This document shows, piece by piece, positions 1 through 10,436 of a stretch of DNA of 64,000 nt. Within the stretch, counting starts at the first letter, position 1, and each line of letters opens with the position of its first letter. Source of the DNA: Nitrospirota bacterium (lineage in GTDB: Bacteria > Nitrospirota > UBA9217); NCBI GenBank assembly GCA_963663225.1, contig OY760142.1, positions 3,040,001 through 3,104,000 of the forward strand. The letters are read 5' to 3'. Below the pieces are notes generated by a model, which was not told the origin of the DNA, did no database searches, and saw only the letters and a list, made by a program, of their open reading frames with translations. The position numbers were made by a program, and so were the translations under genes.

Positions 1-309
<309 letters not shown>

Positions 310-319
310 TCATTATGGT

Positions 320-352
320 CCCTTTCTGGTCTCACAGGACCAGACTTAAAGA
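320..352 (-). promoter_or_regulatory. PyrR-binding stem-loop (anti-antiterminator)
   Basis: Minus strand CTTTAAGTCTGGTCCTGTGAGACCAGAAAGG resembles the UUUAA...RUCCNGNGAG...AAGG PyrR-binding consensus. Confidence 0.85.
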
Positions 353-373
353 GGAGTGCTTTATGTGGTAAGC

Positions 374-403
374 ACGATACTCCAAACAATGACTTTCTGT
401 CAA
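374..403 (-). promoter_or_regulatory. Putative sigma70 promoter of the pyrR leader
   Basis: TTGACA-N18-TATCGT on the minus strand just upstream of the PyrR-binding loop. Confidence 0.6.
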
Positions 404-484
404 GAACTTTTTTACGATTTACTTGAAACGACCGGAGAAATCTGCTAGAGTCATGCCCACCAAAAGAATAGAGGAGAAATAGTC

Positions 485-1243
485 ATGGGAGAGTTGAGAA
501 AAACAGCGATCGTTACGGGAGCGGGAACAGGCATCGGCAAAGGCATTGCGCTCGCTTTTTTGCGGGAAAACTACTTCGTTGCTCTTGCCGGACGGCGTTC
601 GGAACTGTTGACCAAAACAGCCGAGGAAGCGGGTCAATTCGGCAAACATGCCCTGGTGGTGCCCACAGACGTAAGCGACCCCGCCTCTGTTCGCTCTCTC
701 TTTGCCAAAGTAAAGGAATCCTTCGGGCGGCTTGATGTTCTGTTTAACAACGCAGGGGCCGGAGCACCGGCAATCCCGCTGGAAGACCTTACCTACGAAC
801 AATGGAAAGCGGTCGTGGATGTGAATCTGACCGGCGCCTTCCTCTGCACCCAGGAAGCGTTCAGACTTATGAAAAACCAGACCCCGCGCGGGGGGCGCAT
901 CATCAACAACGGCTCCGTCTCGACCCATGCACCGCGGCCCAACACTGCTCCGTATACGGCCACGAAACACGCGATAACGGGCCTGACCAAATCAACGTCG
1001 CTTGACGGACGCGCATACGATATTGCGTGCGGACAGATTGACATCGGCAATGCGGCAACCGACATGACAAAACCGATGCGAAACGGCATTCTGCAAGCCC
1101 ACGGCGGCATCGCTGTCGAGCCGACAATCGACGTCGAGCACGTGGCACGAGCCGTGGTTTACATGGCAAGCCTTCCCCTGGAAGCAAATGTGCAATTCAT
1201 GACCGTCATGGCGACCAAAATGCCGCTCATCGGCCGCGGATAA
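485..1243 (+). CDS. Short-chain dehydrogenase/reductase (SDR)
   Basis: [12 protein letters not shown] and YTATK motifs; GAGGAG SD. Confidence 0.92.
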   Translation: MGELRKTAIVTGAGTGIGKGIALAFLRENYFVALAGRRSELLTKTAEEAGQFGKHALVVPTDVSDPASVRSLFAKVKESFGRLDVLFNNAGAGAPAIPLEDLTYEQWKAVVDVNLTGAFLCTQEAFRLMKNQTPRGGRIINNGSVSTHAPRPNTAPYTATKHAITGLTKSTSLDGRAYDIACGQIDIGNAATDMTKPMRNGILQAHGGIAVEPTIDVEHVARAVVYMASLPLEANVQFMTVMATKMPLIGRG

Positions 1244-1272
1244 AACGGACGTCCCCGCTTCCTGCGGAAACG

Positions 1273-2310
1273 TTATTTTGTTGTGAACAGGAACTCCGCC
1301 ACGTAGAGAAGCAGCAAAACGAACCACCCTCCGAGGATGATGAATTCAAGCGTTGCCCGGTACGACACGCTGAAATTCTCCGTCGCCATGGTATACACGT
1401 CTTCCAGCGTGTCAAGCTTCTCCTTGATCGACGCTTTCCAGCTGTCGAGATGAAACTTCTTCGAAATCAGCGAATACAACTTCGCGGAGTACCAGTCCCC
1501 GATCAGCTTGATGTTGCGTTCCACGGATTCCGACTCAAGAATAGACTCGGTTCTGATCTCGATAATTTCCTTCACAACCCGTCTGATTTCCACTGACCGA
1601 ATGATCGGAAGCCGTTCTGAAACCCCCATGAGGCGCAGGGTTTTTTCCAGCCGCAAATCCAGATCATTATCGAGGATCCTCGATTTCAGCAGCTGCAGGT
1701 TGGCGATTTCGAACAATTCTATATTGCTTGCAAAATCACCCGCGGCATCAAAAATAAACGCACCGTCCCAATCCACAATCGTGACGTCGTCCTTTCCATA
1801 CTTCAAGTACGATGAAAGCGTGGCGTGGACCTCTTCTTCATCAAGCAGGATTTTCTCATTCTTCAAAAAAGCTGCGATTTTCTCACCATACTGGGACAGA
1901 TACACTTCGGGATCGCCGCTGTAACCCGATATACAGTACACACTGTATTCTTCATCAAACTGCGGATTGCAGCAAAACGTTCTCAGAACGTTTCTGCATT
2001 CTGCGAGGAGCGACCGCTTCAATTCCAGTGTTGCGTCAGATAAAATATTTTTCAAGTCCAGCGACGCCTCGACCACAACGGCATCAGGCAGATATGCTTT
2101 TGCGAGAAAATCAACTTCGATGCCGTCGATCGGGCGCTTTTCGATCTTAATGATTTTCTGTTTCGGGATGACGTCCGGATAACTCGGAGCGCTCTTCATG
2201 GTTTTGATTTCGACAACGTCGGATGTTTCCAGGTTTATGGTGGTCTCTGCTACAAGAAAGACAACCAGTCTCCCCGAAAGTTTTTTCATACTGGATTTCA
2301 TATCAGCCAC
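1273..2310 (-). CDS. Conserved hypothetical protein, RMD1/DUF155-like, with C-terminal TM helix
   Basis: 345-aa ORF; IVDWDGAF, LFEIANLQLL and GDWYSAKLY...FHLDSW segments; hydrophobic C-terminus. Family call is tentative. Confidence 0.55.
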   Translation of the reverse strand: MADMKSSMKKLSGRLVVFLVAETTINLETSDVVEIKTMKSAPSYPDVIPKQKIIKIEKRPIDGIEVDFLAKAYLPDAVVVEASLDLKNILSDATLELKRSLLAECRNVLRTFCCNPQFDEEYSVYCISGYSGDPEVYLSQYGEKIAAFLKNEKILLDEEEVHATLSSYLKYGKDDVTIVDWDGAFIFDAAGDFASNIELFEIANLQLLKSRILDNDLDLRLEKTLRLMGVSERLPIIRSVEIRRVVKEIIEIRTESILESESVERNIKLIGDWYSAKLYSLISKKFHLDSWKASIKEKLDTLEDVYTMATENFSVSYRATLEFIILGGWFVLLLLYVAEFLFTTK

Positions 2311-2369
2311 CCTTACCAGGAGCAGAATTGGTGCCGCCGTGGGTGTTGTTTACACCGGTTTTCAATAGA

Positions 2370-3098
2370 TTATTGAAAAACGCTTTTCAGCAGCTTGGTG
2401 ACACGCGCGGCAGGGTCTTTCCGTATTTTTTTCTCTTCTTCGCCCACCATGAAAAAGAGACCGTCCAAAGCTTTCTCAGTTACATAGCGGTCAAGATCAA
2501 CTGCCTGCTCTTTTAAAAAAGGCAGCGTTTCAGCAATATCCATAAGGTCCTGAAAAGAGCGGGTCGCGCCCGTACTGTTCACGGTTTTTGCAATTATTGG
2601 TTTAAATGCCGCATAGAGATGGTCATACGTTTTAGACTTCAGATAGTCGGTAGCGGCCGTTTCCCCGCCCCGAAGAATTGTTTCGGCATCATGCATGGTC
2701 ATGTTCTTTACCGCCTCGATGAAAAAAGCGCGCGCTTTGGGAGCGGCTTCCTCCGCGGCCCGGTTCATGCTGAGTTCGAACCGGTCCACTTCTTTCCGGA
2801 AACCGGTTTCCCGCAGCACTTCCGCAATCCGATGCATTTTTTCCGGCACTACGATTTTGATGAGCTGATTGCGGAAGTACCCGTCCTGCCGGGACACACT
2901 GGTGACGCTATTCTTTATACCGACCGATAAGGCTTCCTTCAAACCGGCGACTATGGTTTTTGAATCAAGAGTGCCCTGTGAATCATGTTTTTTGTCATTC
3001 GCATGCAGGACCCCTTCTGTGAGCTCTTCGAGCAGGCCTGCGGAAGCAGTGGACGGATGGAATAATGTTATTCCCAACACGAGAATGATGATACGCAT
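2370..3098 (-). CDS. DUF4197 family exported protein
   Basis: Signal peptide; GLKEALSVG, SMNRAAEEA, AATDYL and ALDGLF...EEEKKIRKDPAAR motifs. Alternative start at 3125 (TGATG overlap). Confidence 0.85.
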   Translation of the reverse strand: MRIIILVLGITLFHPSTASAGLLEELTEGVLHANDKKHDSQGTLDSKTIVAGLKEALSVGIKNSVTSVSRQDGYFRNQLIKIVVPEKMHRIAEVLRETGFRKEVDRFELSMNRAAEEAAPKARAFFIEAVKNMTMHDAETILRGGETAATDYLKSKTYDHLYAAFKPIIAKTVNSTGATRSFQDLMDIAETLPFLKEQAVDLDRYVTEKALDGLFFMVGEEEKKIRKDPAARVTKLLKSVFQ

Positions 3099-3124
3099 GA
3101 GAACCTCTTTGCCATAAGACTGCA

Positions 3125-4132
3125 TCAGCCCCTCCGCAATATCTCAGTCAACTTTGCGGCATATTCACTGCCCGCAGAATCATCAGTTACAAGTTCAATG
3201 TCTTCAGAACGGGTTATCCCCAGCCCCAGTTCAACCGCACGTGCTATCTGGTCCTGTTCGAATATCTTCTTGTTCATGACGGCCTTGTTGCTGCCCAATT
3301 CCTTCAGGATCGAGAGACCGACCGCATCAATGGCAATCCGGTCCGTGCCGGCAAGAATAACATCAGGACGCTTTACAGGGCCGTGCGACGGGCCTTTGTC
3401 CACGAACGCATCAAGAGCGTCAAGGACAATCAGGGACGGTTGATACGCCTGGTTGATTTCGGCGATCATTTTCTGGATGCTGATCAATGAGGTATGAAGT
3501 TCGATCATATTTGCATCTCTCAGACACCCCACCGAAAGTTTGAGCGACATGGAAAAAACCCCTCCGCTGCCGTGGGTTTTAAGACAACAGGTGGTCACCA
3601 CACAGGGAGACTCTAAAACAGGCCGGGCCATGTCAAAGCCGTTCACCCAATGGCTTTTCTCCGGCTGTATGCTCACCCAATCCGATTCGGGGAGGTCTTC
3701 AAACCTGACAACTCCAACCCCGCGCTGTGTGCATAGTTCATAGATCTCTTTTTGTTTCAAAACATCGCCGATTCTCGGCATGCCGCTCCGGTCCCCGATA
3801 GTGATGCTCCTGGAGCCCATGTTTTTGAGCTGGTTAATTAACTGAATGAGTGTGTCGTTGTGGGTTGATGCGGGAAACGGATCCGCGGAATTGAAATTCG
3901 GCTTGAGCAGTACGTCTTTTCCCTGGACCGGATTTATACCAAGGAGATCAACGGCCCTTCTGATCCCGGCTGCTCTGTCGCGGGTTTTGATCAGCGACAA
4001 TCTGGTTTTGCCGATTTTTTTTGCGGATTCTGTAGGTGCCGGCATGACCGCGGCCCTGGCATGCTCCATGCGTCCTTGAAATACCAGCACAGTCCCTGTC
4101 GCCAGTTTTGTCAAAAACTCACGCCTGTTCAT
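3125..4132 (-). CDS. Tat-exported DUF362 family protein
   Basis: MNRREFL twin-arginine signal; VLLKPNF, LKTH...SLK and D..AID motifs. Confidence 0.82.
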   Translation of the reverse strand: MNRREFLTKLATGTVLVFQGRMEHARAAVMPAPTESAKKIGKTRLSLIKTRDRAAGIRRAVDLLGINPVQGKDVLLKPNFNSADPFPASTHNDTLIQLINQLKNMGSRSITIGDRSGMPRIGDVLKQKEIYELCTQRGVGVVRFEDLPESDWVSIQPEKSHWVNGFDMARPVLESPCVVTTCCLKTHGSGGVFSMSLKLSVGCLRDANMIELHTSLISIQKMIAEINQAYQPSLIVLDALDAFVDKGPSHGPVKRPDVILAGTDRIAIDAVGLSILKELGSNKAVMNKKIFEQDQIARAVELGLGITRSEDIELVTDDSAGSEYAAKLTEILRRG

Positions 4133-4277
4133 AACTAGTCTCTTGTCCGGTCATCGTGTTTACGGTTTATGGCTGTTGACAAAATTATAGCAAAAAGCCC
4201 GCGAGTTTAATTCTCCGGCATGGAGGCGCTGCCATGGCTTGTCTGTCGATGTGCACTAAAAAAATTCATGTCCAGTC

Positions 4278-4868
4278 TTATGGCGTCGAGGAGTATTTTT
4301 TGAAAGTAATGGGAGGAATGTCCTGTCGCTTGTTATTGACCGTCAGTGCGTTGTCCAGATGCAAAACAGCATCGTTCCCGGCTGACAGGGCAGGATGATC
4401 GAAGAAAAGCAGATAACAGTCAAGCTTGTTGACAGGAAAAGAACCTTCCAAGGATGGCCGCTCCCTCAGATAGTTCAAATCAGCAATGGTGTAATAGCAG
4501 GAAAACACCTTAGGTTTTAAGGTTTCTTTATCGTCAAGCCGGAGCGTAATGGCTGAAGGCTTATAAATGCCCTGGTTTCTGACACCAGTGAATTCCATGC
4601 GGATAATAAAAAAATTTTTTGTCTGTGCGTCATTATCGAGTTCAACGCGCACGGTCATGGACTTGCCGGTCAGAAAATCGACGTTCACCGTACAATCTTC
4701 ATCAGCGCATTTCTCCGTCATCTTCCATGTCTGATTTTCCTCGATGGACGCCTTAAACTCTTTATGATTCACCGTTTTGGAGGCGCAGCCGCCAATCAGG
4801 AAAACAGTCATACAAAGCAGGACAAAAATCTGCGATCGAAAGAATACGATTCTGTTCAACATGGTCAT
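4278..4868 (-). CDS. Hypothetical lipoprotein
   Basis: 196-aa ORF with hydrophobic N-region and IGGC lipobox. Confidence 0.65.
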   Translation of the reverse strand: MTMLNRIVFFRSQIFVLLCMTVFLIGGCASKTVNHKEFKASIEENQTWKMTEKCADEDCTVNVDFLTGKSMTVRVELDNDAQTKNFFIIRMEFTGVRNQGIYKPSAITLRLDDKETLKPKVFSCYYTIADLNYLRERPSLEGSFPVNKLDCYLLFFDHPALSAGNDAVLHLDNALTVNNKRQDIPPITFKKYSSTP

Positions 4869-5065
4869 CGTCCTATCAGTACGGTCCCGGTGATTTAAAC
4901 CGAAGTCATTTTAGTGCCCGGCAGCGTCAATTTCCGCAGCGGTTTTCACAAGGGAACTATATCATAAAAAGAATTGATACAGCAAGTATTTAAACAGAAG
5001 GAGGAATCTTATGGCTTCGAGTTTCGGACGGGTAAATATCAGAACCTGTAAGGAACAATCAGCGC

Positions 5066-5575
5066 TTACCCACTGACTGCCTTCAGAATGCCTTGAAGCA
5101 GCGCAATAGGTGTAGGAGGGCATCCGGGAATGTAGGCATCCACAGGAATGACCTTGCTGATACTCCCCAGAGAAGCATAGCTTTCACCAAAGATTCCGCC
5201 GGTGCAGCCGCAGTCTCCCACGGCAACGACCAGTTTTGGCCGGGGTGTGGCATCATAGGTTCTTTTCAGGGCAATCGCCATATTATGAGAAACCGGCCCT
5301 GTGACCAGCAACATGTCCGCAAAACGGGGTGAGGCGGTAAAGTGGATGCCGAACCGCTCGCAGTTATAGATGGGATTGTTGATCGCATGGATCTCAAGTT
5401 CGCAGCCATTGCATGAGCCCGCGTCCACCTGGCGTATCGTGAGGCTTTTCCTGAATCGTCGTCTGATTACTTCTTCCAATTGAGACCCGATCTTTTCAAT
5501 CTCCGGATCGGTGATGGGAGGAAGCGGCTCGGTTACGATACCCGTATGAAATATCTGTTTCAGAATGCGAATCAT
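5066..5575 (-). CDS. Ehr complex small Fe-S subunit (NuoB/HycG-like, EhrS)
   Basis: GSCNGCELE, GDCG and PGCPP [4Fe-4S] motifs. Confidence 0.9.
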   Translation of the reverse strand: MIRILKQIFHTGIVTEPLPPITDPEIEKIGSQLEEVIRRRFRKSLTIRQVDAGSCNGCELEIHAINNPIYNCERFGIHFTASPRFADMLLVTGPVSHNMAIALKRTYDATPRPKLVVAVGDCGCTGGIFGESYASLGSISKVIPVDAYIPGCPPTPIALLQGILKAVSG

Positions 5576-5627
5576 AATTCTCCGAAATGCCTGTCAATTC
5601 CCGGCTGCCGAGAAAAACAGGGTTATA

Positions 5628-7199
5628 TTATAAATCATGTCCTGAATAGGATTGGTTGAAACTTTTATTGCACAACGGAAAATCCGGCACGATGTTTCCA
5701 TGGATGCACTGTTCGAGCCCCAGCCAGTTCACGCTCGACGGGTCTCTGACCATGCAACGGTTTATTGTCCCCTGCGGCCCTGACTGCACCCAATAGATAA
5801 TCTCGCCCCGCCATCCTTCCACGGCTGCGAAACCTGACTGGTCGGGAGCCGGAACGGGCAAAGGAACCGCGGTGCTGCCGCGCGGCATGGTCATGAGAAT
5901 CTCCCGAAGGATCCGGATTGATTCCCTGACTTCTTCAACTCTCACCCATCCTCGTGCGTGAGCATCACCCGATGTCAGGACCGGGACATTGACTTTTATA
6001 CGATCGTACGGTGGAAACGGATTCTGCGCACGGCAGTCGAGATTGAGACCGCTTGACCGTGCAACCAGACCCACCACACACAGATCGCGGGCTTTTTCAG
6101 GCGTCAGGATGCCGGTATCCCTTAGCCGGTCTTCAAGGGACGCATTTTCATCATAAATGACAACCAGGCGCTCGAACTCGACGGCCAGCCAATCCATTTC
6201 CGCGAGCATGGTTTGTATGCCTTCATCATTAACATCGACCGTTGTTCCGCCCGGAATGATACTGTCCATGAGAAAGCGGTGGCCAAAGAGTCTGAAATTT
6301 GTCCGCAGTAGTGCTTCTTTGAGGCGGGCGAACTGATACAGCAGAAAAGCAAAAGCCACATCATTGCAGATTGCCCCCAGATCACCCAGATGGTTCGCGA
6401 TCCGCTCCCGCTCGAGAAACAGCGCACGCAGCCATAATGCACGCTCCGGCAGGTCGCATTGGTTCAACGCTTCCGCAGCCCTTGCATACGCCAGGGCATG
6501 CGCGACCGTGGTGTCTCCGGACACCCTGCCTGCCAACCGAGAAGCGTCGTGCCAGGAAAGCGACTCAAAACGCTTCTCGATGCCTTTATGCACGTAACCC
6601 AACTTTTCTTCCAGATTCAGAATGTCCTCTCCCAGAGCCTGGAAACGAAAATGCCCGGGTTCGATAATGCCCGCATGCACCGGTCCTACCGGAATTTCAT
6701 ACACACCCTCGCCGTTCACCTGGATCCACCGGTACTCACCGGGAACTCTCGGCAACTGCTGTGACAGGGGAAATGTTTTTCTGAGCGGCCAGGCGTCCTG
6801 GGGCCAATCCTCATGTTTTATCCAAGGACGCGCGTCCGGATTGCCTGTGGCAGTCACGCCCATAAGACTTTTTATCTGTCGTTCAAACCGGTAAGCCGCA
6901 GCAAATTTTTTGGTAAGACTGGGGAATGTGGGGTCTTCGAGCGGCGCGACGGTTTTTACCAGAAGATACTCCCCTTCTCTGCGATAGCAGGCATAGATGC
7001 CGAAGCCTCTGTTGAAAGGCGTTTCGTCTGCCGCCCACTCGCCGGCGAGAAAAGCACCGGCTTTTTTCAGCTCTCTGGCTGCTTCATTGAACCGTGTCCT
7101 CGGCACCACGTGCGACGGCACGGTAGAAGGAAACTGGGAAATATCCCGATGCGCGTCGGGACCGAATGTTGATTGTATAACGGCGTTCAGTGTGTTCAT
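5628..7199 (-). CDS. Ehr complex large subunit (fused NuoC/NuoD, HycE-like, no NiFe ligands; EhrL)
   Basis: GPVHAGIIEPGHFRF, GYVHKGIEK and ERERIANH motifs; L1 site reads RVSGDT and L2 site reads FNQSYSGHDL, so both CxxC motifs are absent. Confidence 0.9.
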   Translation of the reverse strand: MNTLNAVIQSTFGPDAHRDISQFPSTVPSHVVPRTRFNEAARELKKAGAFLAGEWAADETPFNRGFGIYACYRREGEYLLVKTVAPLEDPTFPSLTKKFAAAYRFERQIKSLMGVTATGNPDARPWIKHEDWPQDAWPLRKTFPLSQQLPRVPGEYRWIQVNGEGVYEIPVGPVHAGIIEPGHFRFQALGEDILNLEEKLGYVHKGIEKRFESLSWHDASRLAGRVSGDTTVAHALAYARAAEALNQCDLPERALWLRALFLERERIANHLGDLGAICNDVAFAFLLYQFARLKEALLRTNFRLFGHRFLMDSIIPGGTTVDVNDEGIQTMLAEMDWLAVEFERLVVIYDENASLEDRLRDTGILTPEKARDLCVVGLVARSSGLNLDCRAQNPFPPYDRIKVNVPVLTSGDAHARGWVRVEEVRESIRILREILMTMPRGSTAVPLPVPAPDQSGFAAVEGWRGEIIYWVQSGPQGTINRCMVRDPSSVNWLGLEQCIHGNIVPDFPLCNKSFNQSYSGHDL

Positions 7200-8644
7200 T
7201 TCAACAGCTCCACGGTGGTCTGGAACCAGTCAGCCAGAAATTTGGGCATGTACAGTCCGAGCAAAAGAACCAAAGCCAGGTGCAGCAGCACCGGCAGGTG
7301 CGCCACTTTTATGCAGATTTGATGCCCGGGCATGTCTCCCGTGACCATCGGCTGAACACGCCTGAAAATGGCGGCGAAGGATATTCCGAGTCCCAGGAGA
7401 AGAAACAATGCCATAAATGGAGCATCCTTGATCGTAGCCGTGAGTATCAGAAATTCGCTGGCAAATACTCCAAAAGGAGGCATACCCACAATCGCCATCG
7501 TTCCGAAGATCATGCCCCAGCCGACAAGCGGATTGCCTTTGATAAGCCCCTTGATATTCTCCATTTCCTGGGTCCGGTGCATTTGTGAGGCGTGGCCGGC
7601 CGTGAAAAAAAGCGCGGACTTCGTCAGACTGTGGACCAGCATGTGCAGGAGCGCTCCAAAGGTCGCAAGCGGGCCTCCCAGTCCGAATGCGAACGTGGCC
7701 ATCCCCATATGTTCAATCGAGGAATATGCGAACATCCGCTTGATATCCTTTTGCCGAAGAAGAGAAAAAGCGGCGACAATAATCGTAATAACGCCGAACC
7801 CCATCATGATGTCGCCGGAGTGGTGCGTTCCCGTGGAGCCGTCAACAAGAACTTTGCAGCGCACAAGCGCGTACAAGGCAATATTCAGCAGAAGGCCCGA
7901 AAGAACCGCGGAGATGGGCGTGGGGCCTTCACTGTGGGCGTCAGGGAGCCAGTTGTGGACCGGCACCAGTCCGACCTTAGTGCCGTATCCAACCATCAGG
8001 AACACAAACGCGAGAGACAGGATGGTCGGTTCCAACTGACCGCTTACCTGCTTCAAATTCGTCCAGTGGAGCGCGGCGCCGCCTTCGCCCAGCACTTTTT
8101 CAGCCGCGAAGTAAAGCAGCACGGTTCCGAACAAAGCAAGCGCAATGCCGACACCGCACAGGATGAAGTATTTCCAGGCCGCTTCAATAGCGGACGGGGT
8201 GCGATAGAGCGAAACAAGAAGAACGGTGGAAAGCGTTGCCAGCTCCATGGCTATCCAGAGAATGCCCACATTGTTCGTAAGAAGGCAGAGCAGCATGGCA
8301 AAGATGAACAGCTGGAACATGGCGTGGTAGAAGCGGATCCGCCGGGTGCCTATCGTGCCGTGCTCCCGTTCACGCCGCATGTAGCGCCTGCTGAAAATGG
8401 CAGTTGTTGTCGAGACAAAGGCGGTCAGGACGGTCAGATAGACACTGAAAGCGTCAATGAAGAAAAAATTATTCCAGGCGAGTATCGAACCATACAGATA
8501 CACCTGCACTGCCAGAACAATACTCGCGACAAAGGTGCACACCGAACCGGCAATATTTACTTCGGGCGCAAGTTTGCGGTCGCCGATAAAGGCCAGTGCC
8601 AGCGAGGCCACCAGGGGAATGCTCAATAAAATAAGAAGAATCAT
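7196..8644 (-). CDS. Ehr antiporter-like membrane subunit (HyfF-like)
   Basis: Multi-TM protein; WIAMEL, KVGLVPVHNWLPDAHSEGPTP and KRMFAYSSIEH motifs; ATGA overlap with ehrL. Confidence 0.9.
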   Translation of the reverse strand: MILLILLSIPLVASLALAFIGDRKLAPEVNIAGSVCTFVASIVLAVQVYLYGSILAWNNFFFIDAFSVYLTVLTAFVSTTTAIFSRRYMRREREHGTIGTRRIRFYHAMFQLFIFAMLLCLLTNNVGILWIAMELATLSTVLLVSLYRTPSAIEAAWKYFILCGVGIALALFGTVLLYFAAEKVLGEGGAALHWTNLKQVSGQLEPTILSLAFVFLMVGYGTKVGLVPVHNWLPDAHSEGPTPISAVLSGLLLNIALYALVRCKVLVDGSTGTHHSGDIMMGFGVITIIVAAFSLLRQKDIKRMFAYSSIEHMGMATFAFGLGGPLATFGALLHMLVHSLTKSALFFTAGHASQMHRTQEMENIKGLIKGNPLVGWGMIFGTMAIVGMPPFGVFASEFLILTATIKDAPFMALFLLLGLGISFAAIFRRVQPMVTGDMPGHQICIKVAHLPVLLHLALVLLLGLYMPKFLADWFQTTVELLK

Positions 8645-8702
8645 GCAAACCTCAGGAGTTAATACTTAAAAAAAACGGCGTAAAACTGACTCTGGTTCCG
8701 GG

Positions 8703-9368
8703 TTAATCTTCTTCCTTTAATCGCGCCATCTGGTCCACATCAAGGCTGTCAAACGTCGTGTTGATATGAAAGAAGAAAATTCCGAATATAAAGGCTGCTA
8801 TCAGCAAATCCAGCGCAACTCCCAGTTCAACAACCAGGGGCATGCCATACGTTGCGCTGGTGGCGGCAAACAGCAGACCGTTTTCCATGGCAAGAAATCC
8901 TATAATCTGCGTTACCGCGTGTTTGCGGATAATCATCATCAGAAATCCGAGAAGGACCGTAGCAAGCGCGACGGCAAGAGTCGACTTGGTCACCAGCGTC
9001 GACAGCTCTCTGATCGGCCCTGTAAGATGATAGGAAAAGATGACAAGTGCAATTCCCATCAGCATGATCGTCGGAATTTTCACAACTGATTCCACTTCTC
9101 GATGGATCTTCAATTTTCGGATAAGCACCAGAAGTATATACGGCAGCAGAACTACTTTCACCGAAAGCGTCAGAATGGATGAAATATAGAGATGGTGGGC
9201 CCCGCTCACAAAACCCACAATTCCCGTGCTGAGGGCAAGAAGAAATCCCTGCAGAGCGAACAGATGCAGGAGTGCGTTCATTCTCCGTTGCACAAGGAGC
9301 GCAAACGCCGAGAGCAGAATCAATGCGGCCAGCAAACTGTTTATCTGTGCAGCAAGGGCGGTATCCAT
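8703..9368 (-). CDS. Ehr membrane subunit (HyfE-like)
   Basis: Hydrophobic 221-aa ORF; QIIGFLAMENG and MPLVVELG motifs. Confidence 0.88.
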   Translation of the reverse strand: MDTALAAQINSLLAALILLSAFALLVQRRMNALLHLFALQGFLLALSTGIVGFVSGAHHLYISSILTLSVKVVLLPYILLVLIRKLKIHREVESVVKIPTIMLMGIALVIFSYHLTGPIRELSTLVTKSTLAVALATVLLGFLMMIIRKHAVTQIIGFLAMENGLLFAATSATYGMPLVVELGVALDLLIAAFIFGIFFFHINTTFDSLDVDQMARLKEED

Positions 9369-9431
9369 GTCAAACCAACAGTCCTTTCGTTTAAATCCGT
9401 CACGGCATCTTCTTATTGCATCAACGGCCGT

Positions 9432-10376
9432 TTATTCCAGAATAAAATATGAAAGCATCCCAAGCGTGGCAAAAAGAAAAGCGCTGCCGAGAAACTCACT
9501 CACGCGGAAAATCCTCATTTTGGCAAGGCCGGTTTCGATCAAAACCAGGCCGAGCCCCACAATCACCAGTTTGCCCAGAAGAATCAGGAATGCTATACAG
9601 ACCGTTCCGATATCATTATTCAACGCAATCCCGTGGGGAAAGAAGGCCGCGATGCCCAGCGTGGCAAACAGGAAAAGCTTCATCATTCCCGCCCATTCCA
9701 TAAGAGCAAGATGCCTGCCGGAGTATTCCAGGATCATGGCCTCATGGATCATGGTCAGCTCCAGATGTGTGGCAGGATTGTCCACGGGTATTCTTCCGGT
9801 TTCAGCCAGAGCAATCAGAATAAACGCCAGCAGTGCAAAAGCAAGAGACGGCCGCAGAATGGAATATCCCTGAGCAATGGCTGTCACCATATGCGACAGG
9901 GATGTGGATTTTGCCACGAGCGAAACGGCAAACACCGCCATAAGCATGGCCGGTTCCGCCATGGATGAAATGGTCATTTCCCTGCTCGACCCCATGCCGC
10001 CGAAAGCGGTGCCGATGTCCATGCCGGCAAGAGCGGTAAAAAAGCGGGCAATGGCAAAAAGAGCCACCAGGGCGATGACGTCCGCCGCCGCTTCGAAAAC
10101 CAGCTCCGTGGAGACAAGCGGGATAATGCAGCTGGCCAGAACGGAAACACCGAACACCAGATAGGGTGTGAAGCGGAATATCCATGACGCGTTTTCCGCC
10201 AGGGTAACGTCTTTATGAAACAGCTTTACGATATCGCGATACGGCTGGAAGATGGAGGGAGCGGTGCGGCCCTGGGACCAGCACTTTACCATCTTCACCC
10301 ACCCGGTGAAAAGCGGGGCAACAAAGAGAAGGATGGCAATCTGAATAAACTCCATTATAAAAGGACTGATTTTCAA
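9432..10376 (-). CDS. Ehr membrane subunit (HyfC/HycD/NuoH-like)
   Basis: QPYRDIVKL, GGMGSSRE and AETGRIPVD...HEAMILEYSG motifs. Confidence 0.9.
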   Translation of the reverse strand: MKISPFIMEFIQIAILLFVAPLFTGWVKMVKCWSQGRTAPSIFQPYRDIVKLFHKDVTLAENASWIFRFTPYLVFGVSVLASCIIPLVSTELVFEAAADVIALVALFAIARFFTALAGMDIGTAFGGMGSSREMTISSMAEPAMLMAVFAVSLVAKSTSLSHMVTAIAQGYSILRPSLAFALLAFILIALAETGRIPVDNPATHLELTMIHEAMILEYSGRHLALMEWAGMMKLFLFATLGIAAFFPHGIALNNDIGTVCIAFLILLGKLVIVGLGLVLIETGLAKMRIFRVSEFLGSAFLFATLGMLSYFILE

Positions 10377-10436
10377 TGTATATCCTCACCACCCGCCGAG
10401 GTGCATTTCCGGCGGCAGTACATACGCACAGCCGTG

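Noticed and set aside
5628-7199. [NiFe]-hydrogenase 3/4 large subunit or formate hydrogenlyase
   Set aside because: Both NiFe-binding CxxC motifs are absent, and no maturation or formate dehydrogenase genes are nearby.
7592-8629. 345-aa plus-strand ORF
   Set aside because: Antisense shadow of the HyfF-like gene with no recognisable motifs.
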